The notes under the pieces were generated by a model. That model saw nothing but the letters and a program-made list of their open reading frames with translations. It made no database searches and was not told the DNA's origin. The position numbers were made by a program, and so were the translations under genes. DNA of 64,000 nucleotides from Alphaproteobacteria bacterium (lineage in GTDB: Bacteria; Pseudomonadota; Alphaproteobacteria; GCA-2731375), in the NCBI GenBank assembly GCA_965232515.1, contig CBDDPY010000002.1, positions 5,344,001-5,408,000 of the forward strand, read 5' to 3'. Of the stretch, positions 27,905-38,453 are shown piece by piece (the first letter of the stretch is position 1; the number at the start of each line of letters is the position of its first letter).

Positions 27905-28859
27905 CCTCGGCCTCTTTCGGCCGCGGCCGGCCCTTGAACAGGCCGATCAGGCCGTTCGGCAGATAGCCGATGATGATGATCAGGATGATGCCGTAGACGA
28001 TCAGGCTCAGGCCCGGCGTCTCGATATAGTGCCGCGTCACCTCGTTGACGCCGTGCAGCACGAACGCGCCGATCAGCGGACCGAACACCGTGCCCATGCC
28101 GCCGACGATCGTCACCAGCAGCATCTCCACCGAGGTCGCCACGCCATAGGCGATGGGCGGATCTATATAGAGGAACTTCTGGGCATAGAAGGTGCCGCCG
28201 ACGCCGCCCATGGCGCCCGAGATCATGATCGCGTACATCTTGCAGCGGAAGGCGTTCACGCCCAGGGCTTCGGCCGCGTCCTCGTTCTCGCGGATGGCTT
28301 TCAGATAGGCGCCGAAGCGCGAGCGTTCGAGCCACCATGCGATGGCGAGCGAGATGACCGTCAGCGCCAGGGCGATGTAGTAGTAGCCGGCCGGGTCCTG
28401 GAACTGCAGGCGTGCCAGGCTGGGCTCGTTCTCGATGAAGATGCCGATGCCGCCGCCGGTGAACTCGACCGAGTTGGCCAACACCTTGAAGACTTCCGCG
28501 AACGCCAACGTGATCAGCGCGAAGTAAGACCCACGCAGACCGTATCTGAAGCTGAGAAAACCGACGAAGGCGCCGACCGCGGCGCCGGCGAACAGCGCCG
28601 CGATCATGCCGATCCAGGCGTCGATGCCGAAGGTCATCAGCAGGATCGACGAGGTATAGGCGCCGGTGCCGAAGAACACGACGCTGCCGAACGAGAACTG
28701 CCCGGCATAGCCGCCCAGGATGTTCCAGGACTGGCCCAGGAAGGCGCTTAACAGGATCAGCGTCAGGACGTCGATCACGAAGCGGTCGGCGATCAGCAGC
28801 GGCGCCGCCAGCGCCAGCAGGGCGAGCGCCAGGAGGAACAGGAGGCTGCGCACCGGCAC
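27897..28859 (-). CDS. livM: Branched-chain amino acid-type ABC permease
   Basis: WNILGGYAGQFSFG, YFALITLAF, AIRENEDAA. Confidence 0.92.
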   Translation of the reverse strand: MPVRSLLFLLALALLALAAPLLIADRFVIDVLTLILLSAFLGQSWNILGGYAGQFSFGSVVFFGTGAYTSSILLMTFGIDAWIGMIAALFAGAAVGAFVGFLSFRYGLRGSYFALITLAFAEVFKVLANSVEFTGGGIGIFIENEPSLARLQFQDPAGYYYIALALTVISLAIAWWLERSRFGAYLKAIRENEDAAEALGVNAFRCKMYAIMISGAMGGVGGTFYAQKFLYIDPPIAYGVATSVEMLLVTIVGGMGTVFGPLIGAFVLHGVNEVTRHYIETPGLSLIVYGIILIIIIGYLPNGLIGLFKGRPRPKEAEDA

Positions 28860-28863
28860 GGCG

Positions 28864-29736
28864 TCAGGCCCTGGCGCCGAACAGGCCCGTCGGCCGGAAC
28901 AGCAGGATCAGAATGAAGATCAGCGAGATGCCGATCTGACCCAGGCTCTCGCCCAGATACAGCCCGCCGACGGATTCCGTGATGCCGATAATGAAGCCGC
29001 CGACCAGCGCGCCGACGAAACTGCCCATGCCGCCCAGCACGACGATGGTGAAGGCGATGATGACGAAGACGTTGCCGGTCGTTGGATCGACATAGAACGA
29101 CGGCAGCAGCAGGCAGCCGGCCGCGCCCAGGCAGGCGATGCCGATGCCGTAGCTCAGCGCGAAGACATGCTCGACATTGATGCCGACCAGGCGCGCGCCC
29201 TGCCGCTCCTTGGCGACGGCCCGGATCGCCTTGCCCATGTCGGTCTTCGCCATCAGCAGCCACAGCAGCAGGCAGATCGCCAGCGAGGCGAAGAACGAGA
29301 TCACCTTGGGCAGCGCCAGGAACACGAAGCCCAGGTCGAGCGACTCGTAGGCGTACGGTACGTCAATCGTCTGCTGGTCGGCGCTGAACAGGAACAGCGC
29401 GCCGTTCTCGAACACGATCGCCAGGCCCAGCGTGATCAGCAGGATATTCTGGTCCCGTCCGTGCGCCAGCTTGCCGATGCCCCAGCGATAGAGCGCATAG
29501 CCGAACAGGAAACTGCCCGGCACGACGATGATCAGGGAAACGTAAGGATCGATCCCGGCCAGGCTGAACAGATAGAAAGTGGCGTAGAGCGCCAGCATCA
29601 ACAGCGCGCCGTGCGCGAAGTTGATGATGTGGAGCACGCCGTAGATCAGTGTCAGCCCCAGCGCCACCAGCGCATAGATCGCCCCGAACATCAGCCCGTT
29701 GACGATGGCCGCCGGCATCATGGTCATCGACAGCAT
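28864..29736 (-). CDS. livH: Branched-chain amino acid-type ABC permease
   Basis: LGLTLIYGVLHIINFAHG, VVLGGMGS, RPTGLFG. Confidence 0.92.
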   Translation of the reverse strand: MLSMTMMPAAIVNGLMFGAIYALVALGLTLIYGVLHIINFAHGALLMLALYATFYLFSLAGIDPYVSLIIVVPGSFLFGYALYRWGIGKLAHGRDQNILLITLGLAIVFENGALFLFSADQQTIDVPYAYESLDLGFVFLALPKVISFFASLAICLLLWLLMAKTDMGKAIRAVAKERQGARLVGINVEHVFALSYGIGIACLGAAGCLLLPSFYVDPTTGNVFVIIAFTIVVLGGMGSFVGALVGGFIIGITESVGGLYLGESLGQIGISLIFILILLFRPTGLFGARA

Positions 29737-29752
29737 CGCGCCGCCTTCACGC

Positions 29753-29798
29753 AAAAAACGCCTCCTTCTCCCCTCGGCTTGTCGAGGGGAGAAGGAGG
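29753..29798 (-). terminator. Intra-operon hairpin / terminator after the binding-protein gene
   Basis: cctccttctcccctcg-gcttgt-cgaggggagaaggagg stem followed by a T6 run on the minus strand. Confidence 0.7.
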
Positions 29799-29832
29799 TT
29801 TCGTTGTTGAGATGGAGCTACCCCGAACCCGT

Positions 29833-31077
29833 TCAGGCCTGCGGCCGCGGGAACACCGGCTTGGCCGTGGCGAACTCGGTCGGATAGATGATGTCGACGT
29901 CGCCCTTCAGCGCCTGGATCGAGACGGCGCGCGAGCCCGTGTTCTGGCCGTTGACGAACTTGGTCGGGCCGTACGGCATGATCAGCGGATCGAGCGTGCT
30001 GGTCTCCAGCGCCGCGATCACCGCGTCCTTGTCGGTCGAGCCCGCCCGCTCGAAGGCGTCGTGCAGCAGTCGGATCGAGTTGTAGGCCAGATAGATCTCG
30101 AAGGTGAAGAACTTGCCGTCGGCCTCGACGCGCTTGCGCATGTCCTGGGCCACGCTGGACTTCGGATTGTACCAGTGGTTGACGTCGATCATGTATTCGG
30201 CGACGTCGGGCAGGTCGTTGATGAACTTGAAGTTGAAGCCGCCGCCCAGCACCGAATAGCTGGCCGCGAACTCGATCCGCTGTTGCTTCAGCGTGCGCGC
30301 CAGCAGGACATACTCGCCGGGATAGTTGATCGGCATCACCACGTCGGGCTTCATCGACTTGATGCGCAGCGCGATGTTGTCGAAGTTGCGGGTCGGGTTG
30401 GCGTGCTTGATGGTGTCCAGCACCTCCAGGCCCTGTTCCGGCAGCAGCGTCTGCATCAGCTTCGCGGTGCCGCTGCCGTATTCCGATTCCTCGTGGATCA
30501 CCACGACGGTCTTCGCCGGCGAGCCGGCCGCCTTGTTGATCTGGCCCAGATTGACGGCGGCGTCGTTGGCGATGCGGCCATAGCCGTCGGCCATGCGGAA
30601 CACGTTCTTCAGGCCGCGCCCGACCAGGCGGTCGGAGACGCCGATGTCGATCGAGAAGGGGATGTTGTATTTCGCCGCGGCCGCGGTCGCCGCCAGCCCG
30701 ACCGAGCTTTGATAGCAGCCGGAGAAGGCGTGCACGCCGGCCTCGTTCATCTTCTCGACCTCGGCGGCGCCGATCTGCGGCTTCGCCTGCGAATCGCCCA
30801 GCACGGCTTCCAGCTTCGCCCCGTTCATGGACTTGACGCCGCCGGCGGCGTTGATGTCGTTGATCGCCATCTGACAGCCATAGCGGCACTGCGCGCCGGG
30901 GAAGGCGAGGAAGCCGGTGACCGGATGGATCAGGCCGATCTTGACGCTGTGGCCGTCGGCCCGGGCGACATGCGGAAAGCCGAGGCTGCCGGCCGCCGCC
31001 AGTGCACTTGCGCCGGCCACGAACCGCCGCCGCGAGACGGGCGTTTGTTTGACAGGCTTGCGCGTGTTCTTGCTCAT
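29833..31077 (-). CDS. ABC substrate-binding protein (LivK-like), Tat signal
   Basis: SRRRFV Tat motif, KIGLIHPVTG, INAAGG. Confidence 0.92.
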   Translation of the reverse strand: MSKNTRKPVKQTPVSRRRFVAGASALAAAGSLGFPHVARADGHSVKIGLIHPVTGFLAFPGAQCRYGCQMAINDINAAGGVKSMNGAKLEAVLGDSQAKPQIGAAEVEKMNEAGVHAFSGCYQSSVGLAATAAAAKYNIPFSIDIGVSDRLVGRGLKNVFRMADGYGRIANDAAVNLGQINKAAGSPAKTVVVIHEESEYGSGTAKLMQTLLPEQGLEVLDTIKHANPTRNFDNIALRIKSMKPDVVMPINYPGEYVLLARTLKQQRIEFAASYSVLGGGFNFKFINDLPDVAEYMIDVNHWYNPKSSVAQDMRKRVEADGKFFTFEIYLAYNSIRLLHDAFERAGSTDKDAVIAALETSTLDPLIMPYGPTKFVNGQNTGSRAVSIQALKGDVDIIYPTEFATAKPVFPRPQA

Positions 31078-31175
31078 CGTTGTTCCTCCCTGAGGTCGGT
31101 TATCTGTCGAACGGCGCCCGACTCGCCCTGACTATAGGCCAGCGCCGGATCGGTTCAAAACGGGTTGGGCGGCGC

Positions 31176-32009
31176 TCACTCCGCCGCCGGCAGCCGGGCG
31201 CCGGCGTCCTGGCGGGCGCGGAAGCGGCCGACCGAATGGGCGTGCGCGGCCTGCGCCTTCGCGCTCATCTCGTGATCCAGACGCTGCTCCATCTCGAATG
31301 CCCCCGGCGTCGCCTGGCCGCGCACCAGCAGCGCCGTCGCCCGAGGCTCGCCGTATTGCCGGACGCTCGCCGGGATGTAGCTGATGCCCAGGCCGATGCG
31401 CCGGTCCGGGCCGTCATTGCCGCGCGAGCAATGCACCAGGTTCGTGTGATGCAGCGACATCTCGCCGGCCTTCAGTTCCATCGGCACGCCGGTCTCGTCG
31501 TCGAAGCGGTCCGGGATGCCCTGACCGCGCTTGATCATGTTCCATTGCCCAAGGTCGTCCTCGTGCTCGAACTCGCCCCATTTGTGGCTGCCCGGCAGCA
31601 CGTGCACGCAGCCGCTTTCGACGTTGGCGTCCGACAGCGCCACCCAGGCCGTGACATGCAGCGCCGGCTCCAGGAAGAAATATTTGCCGTCCTGGTGCCA
31701 GCGCACGTAGGCCGGCGTGCCCGGCTCCTTGATCCAGGTGGTCGTGTGGTAGACCAGGATGTCCTCGCCGATCACGTCCTCGACCGCGTCCAGTATGGCC
31801 GGGTGATGCACCAGCGCATCGGCCCATTCGAACAGCAGGTAGGATTTCGACTTTTCCGGGAAGTCCAGCGGATGGCCGATCGCGGCCTCGTGGCGCTCCA
31901 GTTCGGCGCGATAGCGCGCGACCTCGTCCGGCGACAGCACCGGGATCGGCGAATAATAACCCTGCTCCTGATACTGACGGACGGCGTCGGCGGACAACAC
32001 CTTCGGCAC
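31176..32009 (-). CDS. Phytanoyl-CoA dioxygenase family protein
   Basis: WHQD, TAWVALSDA, PGSH, LVHCS..N. Confidence 0.9.
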   Translation of the reverse strand: MPKVLSADAVRQYQEQGYYSPIPVLSPDEVARYRAELERHEAAIGHPLDFPEKSKSYLLFEWADALVHHPAILDAVEDVIGEDILVYHTTTWIKEPGTPAYVRWHQDGKYFFLEPALHVTAWVALSDANVESGCVHVLPGSHKWGEFEHEDDLGQWNMIKRGQGIPDRFDDETGVPMELKAGEMSLHHTNLVHCSRGNDGPDRRIGLGISYIPASVRQYGEPRATALLVRGQATPGAFEMEQRLDHEMSAKAQAAHAHSVGRFRARQDAGARLPAAE

Positions 32010-32125
32010 GACAGTTCCTCCCAGACATGGCGCCTGCCGCGATTATGGCATAGGCTTTTTCCCGTCTCTACTTGCACGCGCCCGGCCCGAAATCGTCGCG
32101 TCGCGCCAGCCAGCCGGAAACCGCC

Positions 32126-33502
32126 ATGACCGCCTATCTCGATCACGTCGCTCAGTTCGCCGCCGAATTTCCAGACGCCGACATCCCCGATGACGTGCGC
32201 GACCATACGCGGCTGGTGGTTGCCGATTGCGTCGCCGCCGTCGTCGGCGGCGCGGCCGAGCCGGAGGTCGCGGCCATGACGGCGCGGCTGCTGCCGGCGG
32301 GGGCGGGCGGCCCGGCCTCGGTGCTGGGCGCCGGGCGCACGGCCGATCCGGCCAAGGCGGCGCTGATCAACGGCACCGCCGGCACGTTTCTCGAGATGGA
32401 CGAGGGTAACCAGTATTGCCGCGGCCATCCCGGCATCCACACCGTGCCCGCCGCCATCGCCTGGGGCCAGGCGCATGGCGTCAGCGGGCCGTCGCTATTG
32501 GCCGCAATCGTCATGGGCTACGAGATCGGCTCCCGCGTCGGCATCGCCGCGAACCTGCGGCCGACCATGCATCCGCACGGCACCTGGGGCGCGGTCTGCG
32601 CCGCGGTCGCGGTCGGGCGGATGGCGGGCTACGACGCCGGCCGCATGCAAACGCTGTTGAACGTCTGCTCCAACATGGGCCTCGCGACCAGCCGGCGCAC
32701 CATGCTCGAGGGCGGGACCGTGCGGAACATCTTCGCCGGCGTCGGCAACCAGATGGGCATCCTGGCGCACGATCTGGTCGAGGCCGGCTTCACCGGCGAG
32801 AACGACGGCCTCGGCAATGTCTTCGGTAAGGTCGTCTCGGAAACCTTCGATGCGTCGGCCATGACCGAGGAACTTGGCAGCCGCTGGGAGATCGCCCGCA
32901 ACTACTTCAAGGGCCATTCCTGCTGCCGCTACAACCACGCGTCATTGGACGCATTGGAGATGATCCTGGCCCAACGCCCCGGCGGCATCCGCGCCGAGGA
33001 GATCGACCGCGTCGAGGTCCAGACCTACTCGCTCGCCGTCGAGCTCGGCGACCAGAGCCCGCGCAACACGCTCGCCGGCAAGTTCTCGGTGCCGTTCGCC
33101 ATCGCCACCACGCTCATCAACGGCAACAGCGGCGTCGCCAGCTTCACCTGGGACGCCATCCGCAACGACGAGATCCAGGCGCTGGCGAAAAAGGTCGAGG
33201 TCCGCGAAGACCCCGCCATGACCGCCAAGATGCCCGACCTCCGCCCGGCCGCCGTCAAGGTGACGTTGACCGACGGCACCGCGTTGACGGCCGCGACGGA
33301 CACCAACAAGGGCGACTGGCAGGACCCCTACACCGAGCCCGAGCTCGCCGAAAAGTTCATGGCCCTCACCACCCGCCGCTGGACACCCGCCGGCGCCCAA
33401 GCCGTCCACGACGAAATCATGTCCCTGCGCAACGCCCCGTCGCTCGACCGACTGACGGCTCTGATCGAAAGCGCCGGCGATGCCACGGAGGCGGTGGCAT
33501 GA
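32126..33502 (+). CDS. MmgE/PrpD family protein
   Basis: AALING..EMDE, GHPG, GYE, YFKGHSCCRYNH, KFSVPF. Confidence 0.92.
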   Translation: MTAYLDHVAQFAAEFPDADIPDDVRDHTRLVVADCVAAVVGGAAEPEVAAMTARLLPAGAGGPASVLGAGRTADPAKAALINGTAGTFLEMDEGNQYCRGHPGIHTVPAAIAWGQAHGVSGPSLLAAIVMGYEIGSRVGIAANLRPTMHPHGTWGAVCAAVAVGRMAGYDAGRMQTLLNVCSNMGLATSRRTMLEGGTVRNIFAGVGNQMGILAHDLVEAGFTGENDGLGNVFGKVVSETFDASAMTEELGSRWEIARNYFKGHSCCRYNHASLDALEMILAQRPGGIRAEEIDRVEVQTYSLAVELGDQSPRNTLAGKFSVPFAIATTLINGNSGVASFTWDAIRNDEIQALAKKVEVREDPAMTAKMPDLRPAAVKVTLTDGTALTAATDTNKGDWQDPYTEPELAEKFMALTTRRWTPAGAQAVHDEIMSLRNAPSLDRLTALIESAGDATEAVA

Positions 33503-33526
33503 CTGGCGGGTCATTGCACGATGGCC

Positions 33527-33616
33527 CTGGATGCCCGTGTCGAGCACGGGCATGACGTATTAGGGTGGTGATAGAGCACCCCTGCCGTCATTGCCGGGCT
33601 TGACCCGGCAATCCAG
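33527..33616. repeat. Pair of REP-like palindromes (family A)
   Basis: ctggatgcccgtgtcgagcacgggcatgac and gtcattgccgggcttgacccggcaatccag (the latter identical to the 4209 copy). Confidence 0.85.
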
Positions 33617-33657
33617 AAGCGGGCCACCTACCGCTCCAATCTGAACGAGGTCGTTTC

Positions 33658-34344
33658 ATGTCCACACCCGGTATCGACGAGAGCGATTACATCCGCGCCT
33701 TCATGACCGAGCGGCCGGTCGATTTCGGCGCGGCCGCGCTGATCGTCGTCGACATGCAATACGCCACCGGACATCGGGACGGCGCGCTCGGCCGGCGCAT
33801 GGCGGCCGAGGGCTCGAACGTCGCCGGCTACCGCTTCGACCGCATCGAGACCAAGGTGGTGCCGAACATCAAGCGGCTGCTGGACGACTTTCGCGCGCGT
33901 GGCGGCGCCGTCGTCTACCTGACCGTCGGCGCGCGCAACCGCGATTGCTCGGACGCGCCGCCGCACATGAAGAAACTGTTCGTGTCATTGGATAATTTCG
34001 AAGGCAGCCGCGACCACGAGATCATCGACGAGCTGAAGCCCGAACCGGGCGAAGCCGTGATCAACAAGACCTCGATCGGCGCCTTTGCGTCGACCGGCAT
34101 CGACCACCTGCTGCGGTCCTTGGGCAAAAGTCAGCTCTACATATCCGGCGTTTCGACCAACATGTGCGTCGACACCACGGCCCGCGAGGCCGCTGACCGG
34201 GGCTACAAGGTAACGCTCATCGAGGATGCCTGCGCCACCACGCACGAAGACCTGCACAACGCCACCATCACCAATTTCCAGCGCCTTTTCGGCCGCGTGA
34301 TCTCGACCGACGACGCGCTGACGGAATTGCAGTCCGGAGCGTGA
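33658..34344 (+). CDS. Isochorismatase family cysteine hydrolase
   Basis: ALIVVDMQ, K, GVSTNMCVDTTAR. Confidence 0.92.
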   Translation: MSTPGIDESDYIRAFMTERPVDFGAAALIVVDMQYATGHRDGALGRRMAAEGSNVAGYRFDRIETKVVPNIKRLLDDFRARGGAVVYLTVGARNRDCSDAPPHMKKLFVSLDNFEGSRDHEIIDELKPEPGEAVINKTSIGAFASTGIDHLLRSLGKSQLYISGVSTNMCVDTTAREAADRGYKVTLIEDACATTHEDLHNATITNFQRLFGRVISTDDALTELQSGA

Positions 34345-34511
34345 GAAAACGTTCGGGGAGGGTACGACCTCCCCGAACGGATCGGCAAAACGCAGAGCGG
34401 TTCCGCGCGAGGCGGAACCGCTCCAGGCCGCGACTGCGGCCCGCCGGCTTATCCGGCGCGCCCGTGCAGGCGCGGACCGTCAGGTCCGCTGCCGTGAGCG
34501 CAAACCACGAC

Positions 34512-35000
34512 CTAAAGGTCCCGCGCCGCGGTGTGCACGATCTTCGGCCAGTTGCCCTCGGCCTTGTCGATGTTGCCGTCGACGTCTTTCAGGAAGGTGG
34601 CGTAGATCTCCTCGTTCAGGTTCAGATACAGCTTGCCATCCTCGATCTTCCACAGATTCGGATCGCCGTCGAACTTCTTGCCGACGGAGACGCCGTAGGC
34701 GCAAAAGCCGCCGTACTGCGGCAGGTAGCGGCCGGGGTTTTGCGCGAAGGCGTCGAGATGCTGCTGGCTGCTGAAGCGGTAGGCGGCGCCGTCATGCACG
34801 TGCACGAACGCGTCCGAGCCGCGCATCGGCTTGCCCACGGTGAAATAGGCGACCGCGTCGTAGCCGTGCAAGGCCAGCGGCGCGCCGCTGATCGACAGGC
34901 CCGGCACCACGTTCAGTTCGTCGGCCGCCTGGGCCGGCGCCGTGGCGCCGATCAGAGCGGCCGAGACAAGGGCGGCGGTAGCGAGTTTCGTAAACAACAT
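34512..35000 (-). CDS. Secreted YHS domain protein
   Basis: Signal peptide, GYDAVAYF, YLPQYGGFCAYG, GKLYLN. Confidence 0.9.
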   Translation of the reverse strand: MLFTKLATAALVSAALIGATAPAQAADELNVVPGLSISGAPLALHGYDAVAYFTVGKPMRGSDAFVHVHDGAAYRFSSQQHLDAFAQNPGRYLPQYGGFCAYGVSVGKKFDGDPNLWKIEDGKLYLNLNEEIYATFLKDVDGNIDKAEGNWPKIVHTAARDL

Positions 35001-35146
35001 AATCGTTCTCCCAACGGTTTCGGTTGCCGCCGGCGGATCGTGCCGGCATGGGCACAGGTTGGGAGAGGGGGCTGATCAGACAAGAAAGAGACATATAATT
35101 GGTCTGAACGGCATCGTCTTCAGGACGATATGCAAAGTAATCTATA

Positions 35147-36079
35147 TCAGGCCGCCTCGCGGCGCACGTCGCGCGGGCTGCGGCCGTAGCGGTTGGCGAA
35201 GGCGCGCGAGAAGGCGGCCGGCGACTGATAGCCGACCCGGGCCGCGACCGCCTGGATCGGCTCGGCGGTGCCGGTCAGCAGCTGCACCGCCTTCTGCAGC
35301 CGGAGATCGGTCAGATAGGCCATCGGCGCCGCGCCCATCAGCGCCTGAAATCGGTCGGCGAAGCGGCTGCGCGACATGCCGGCCGCCGCGGCGAGGCCGT
35401 CGAGCGTCCAGCCCGTCTCGATCTGCCGGTGCATGTGGCCGAGCGCGCGCCCGATGCGCGGGTCGGCCAGCGCCTCGATCATCTTCGCCAAAGCCGGATC
35501 CTGGCCGGCGCAGGCGCGGATCACCTCGATGAACAGCGCCTCCGACAGGCGCATCACCGACGTCGTGAAGCCCGGTTCGCCCGCAAACATCTGTCGTGTG
35601 ATCAGCCGCATCAGCTCGTCGAGCCAGGGCTCCGCCAGCCGCACGTCGGCCGTCACCAGCAGGTGGTCGGGCAGCGCCCTGAGCAAGGCATGGTCGCCGT
35701 GGCCGGCGAAGTCGAAATGGCCGCAGATCAGCTTGGTGTCAGCGTCCGGCCGCGGCTCGCCGCCATAGACGAGCAGCCCGTCGCCGCCATAACCCGCGCG
35801 CTCGAGCACGGTCTCGAGCGGCGCCGGCGCGGCGTCCGGCCGGTCGCTCAAGACATGCGCTGCGCCGTTCGGAATGACGATCATGTCGCCGGGGTTCAAC
35901 GCCACGATATCGCCGTCCTCGCCGATCCGCACATGGCAGCGCCCCTGCACGGCGAGATGAAACCGCGCCGCCCGCCCATAGGCCGGCACCGCCACCGACC
36001 AGGGCGGCGAGAAGGCCGTGCGGAAATAGAGCGTGCCGCGCAGCTGCAGCAGGTCGAGGATATCGCTTAAGGCATCCAT
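35147..36079 (-). CDS. AraC family regulator with Cupin_6 domain (RclR-like)
   Basis: MDALSDIL, GMSRSRFA, VGYQSPAAFSRAF. Confidence 0.92.
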   Translation of the reverse strand: MDALSDILDLLQLRGTLYFRTAFSPPWSVAVPAYGRAARFHLAVQGRCHVRIGEDGDIVALNPGDMIVIPNGAAHVLSDRPDAAPAPLETVLERAGYGGDGLLVYGGEPRPDADTKLICGHFDFAGHGDHALLRALPDHLLVTADVRLAEPWLDELMRLITRQMFAGEPGFTTSVMRLSEALFIEVIRACAGQDPALAKMIEALADPRIGRALGHMHRQIETGWTLDGLAAAAGMSRSRFADRFQALMGAAPMAYLTDLRLQKAVQLLTGTAEPIQAVAARVGYQSPAAFSRAFANRYGRSPRDVRREAA

Positions 36080-36410
36080 TTGCTGATCGTCCCATAGAGC
36101 CAGACGATCAGGTAAGCATTCAGGCGCCGAATTTCGAGTCCGTGCCGCCGTTCGGCAAAGAAATCTCCACGAAACCTCCACGCCGTCTTCAAGCATCGCC
36201 GTTCGCGCCGTCATAGCGTCGGGGCTACCGGTCCACCGTCGGATCGGTCGAATTCCACGGTTTCGGCGGTTCGTTTCGACGCCGAAACAAACGCTCTTTC
36301 ACACGGCGGGGCGTCATCTTGCCGACATTGGCCGCGCGCATCGACCGGGGTTCCGGCGCGGCGCGACGGCAGCACCGCCGGCTCCGACAATTCCACTTCA
36401 GGAGGATGAC

Positions 36411-37469
36411 ATGCCTATCGATCAAGCCAAGCTCGAAGCCTTCGGCGGCCAGATGGTCAACGATCTCGCCGCTGCCTATTCCGGCGTCATGACCAATATC
36501 GGCCACAAACTCGGCCTTTACCGGGCGCTCGCCGGCGCCGGGCCCATGACCTCGGTCGAGCTCGCCGACAAGACCGGCACGCTCGAGCGCTATGTGCGCG
36601 AATGGCTGAACAACCAGGCCGCGGGCGGCTACGTGACCTACGACCCGGCGACGCGCGCCTATACGCTGCCGGACGAGCACGCGCTGATGCTGGCCGATGC
36701 CGACAGCGAGGTTTTCATGGCGCCGGCATTCGACGTCGTCTCCTCGATCTGGCACGACGAGGACATGGTGGCCGAGGCTTTCCAGTCGGGCCGCGGCATC
36801 GGCTGGCACGAGCATGACGGCCGGCTGTTCTGCGGCGTCGAGGCCTTCTTCCGGCCGGGCTACAAGGCGAACCTGACCACGACCTGGATTCCGGCGCTGA
36901 CCGGCGTCGAGAAGAAGCTCTGCGCCGGCGGCCACGTCGCTGACATCGGCTGCGGCCACGGCGCCTCGACCGTGATCATGGCCCAGGCCTATCCGAACTC
37001 GACCTTCCGCGGTTTCGACTACCATGCCGGTTCGATCGAGGTTGCACGGCAGCGGGCCGACGAGGCCGGCGTCGCCGACCGTGTCAGCTTCGAGGTCGCC
37101 AGCGCCAAGACCTATGACGGCGGCGACTACGATCTCGTCTGCTTCATGGATTGCTTTCACGATCTCGGCGATCCCCTGGGCGCGGCCCGGCACACCCGCC
37201 GCCGGCTCGCCCGCGGCGGCACGGTGCTGATGGTCGAGCCGTTCGCCAACGATAACCTCGAGGACAACCTGAACCCGGTCGGCCGGCTCTACTACGCGGC
37301 CTCGACCGCGATCTGCACGCCGAACTCGTTGTCGCAGGAGGTCGGGCTGGGGCTCGGCGCCCAGGCCGGCGAGGCCCGGCTCAGCGACGTGCTGCGCGAG
37401 GCCGGCTTCGGCCATATCCGCCGCGCCCACGAAACCCCGTTCAACATCATCCTGGAGGCGCGCGTCTGA
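36411..37469 (+). CDS. Class I SAM methyltransferase with N-terminal wHTH (Rv2258c-like)
   Basis: ERYVREWL, ADIGCGHG, DCFHD, LGAQAG; AGGAGG RBS. Confidence 0.9.
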   Translation: MPIDQAKLEAFGGQMVNDLAAAYSGVMTNIGHKLGLYRALAGAGPMTSVELADKTGTLERYVREWLNNQAAGGYVTYDPATRAYTLPDEHALMLADADSEVFMAPAFDVVSSIWHDEDMVAEAFQSGRGIGWHEHDGRLFCGVEAFFRPGYKANLTTTWIPALTGVEKKLCAGGHVADIGCGHGASTVIMAQAYPNSTFRGFDYHAGSIEVARQRADEAGVADRVSFEVASAKTYDGGDYDLVCFMDCFHDLGDPLGAARHTRRRLARGGTVLMVEPFANDNLEDNLNPVGRLYYAASTAICTPNSLSQEVGLGLGAQAGEARLSDVLREAGFGHIRRAHETPFNIILEARV

Positions 37470-37502
37470 GCGCGTCCCACGACCCCGAAAGGAATCTTCG
37501 AT

Positions 37503-38219
37503 ATGACTCTTCGCAACAAGCTGCTGGCGACGGCGTTCGTCGCCGGCCTCGCGACGGCGCCGGCGCAGGCCAACCAGTCGGGCTACGACGCGCCGGTCGA
37601 GCTCGACATCACCTTCGTCTTCCACATCGACGACAACCTGCCCGAGCAGGACGTCTTCGTCGAGCGCGGCCGCGGCGCGAACGAGGTCTTCCGCCCGACG
37701 CGCGGCGACCGTGACCTGAACCGGCCGCTCTATGCATCGGCGACGCCGCTGAAGCATCAGCCCTTCGACGCCGACGCGGTCGGCCCCTGGCCGAAAGGCA
37801 AGGCGCTCGGCCTGACGTTGCGTGAATGGCTGCAGGCGGCTGGCGCCGGGCGCTATAGCTGTCGCGACGGCGAGGGCCATATCGCCGTCGACTTCACCGG
37901 CCTGGTGCCCGATGGCGTCTACACCATGTGGCATTACTTCATGGCCTGGCCGCCGACCGAGCCGTTCATCGGCACCTACGACCTGCCGCTCGGCAGCCGC
38001 GACGGCGCGCAGTCCGTGTTCACCGCCGACGCCAAGGGCGACGCCCGCTTCGAGCAGCGGTTCAAGCCCTGTCTGCAGCTCACCGGCGAGCATCTCGCCG
38101 CCGGCCTCGCCATCGCCTGGCACAGCGACGGCAAGACCTATGGCGTGAAGCCGGGCGACTTCGCCACGGTCTCGCACATCCAGCTCTATACCGGCCTGCC
38201 GCAACGCGCCGGCATGTAA
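37503..38219 (+). CDS. Secreted hypothetical protein, paralog 1
   Basis: Signal peptide, AAAGGA RBS; highly similar to 38454-39230. Confidence 0.8.
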   Translation: MTLRNKLLATAFVAGLATAPAQANQSGYDAPVELDITFVFHIDDNLPEQDVFVERGRGANEVFRPTRGDRDLNRPLYASATPLKHQPFDADAVGPWPKGKALGLTLREWLQAAGAGRYSCRDGEGHIAVDFTGLVPDGVYTMWHYFMAWPPTEPFIGTYDLPLGSRDGAQSVFTADAKGDARFEQRFKPCLQLTGEHLAAGLAIAWHSDGKTYGVKPGDFATVSHIQLYTGLPQRAGM

Positions 38220-38229
38220 GGCTGGTCAC

Positions 38230-38281
38230 GGCCGCCGCCGGTCCGGAATCTCCCAGCGGACCGGCGGCGGCCGAATTTTTT
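38230..38281 (+). terminator. Rho-independent terminator
   Basis: ggccgccgccggtcc...ggaccggcggcggcc followed by a T run. Confidence 0.7.
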
Positions 38282-38453
38282 GTGGCCTCACAATTTCGTT
38301 ATCCCGCGCCGGCGCCAGGATCACTCAATTCAACGGTTTCAGGGTTCTTTTCGACGCTTTCACCTACGCGCGCTCCAACGCCGCGTCCCCATGTTGGCAG
38401 CATCGGCGGCGCGCCTCACCCGCGCGTCCCGCAACCCGAAAGGAACCTTTGAG

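Noticed and set aside
34512-35000. Selenoprotein form of the YHS protein
   Set aside because: The GGFCAYG position is a Cys codon and the frame has no internal TGA.
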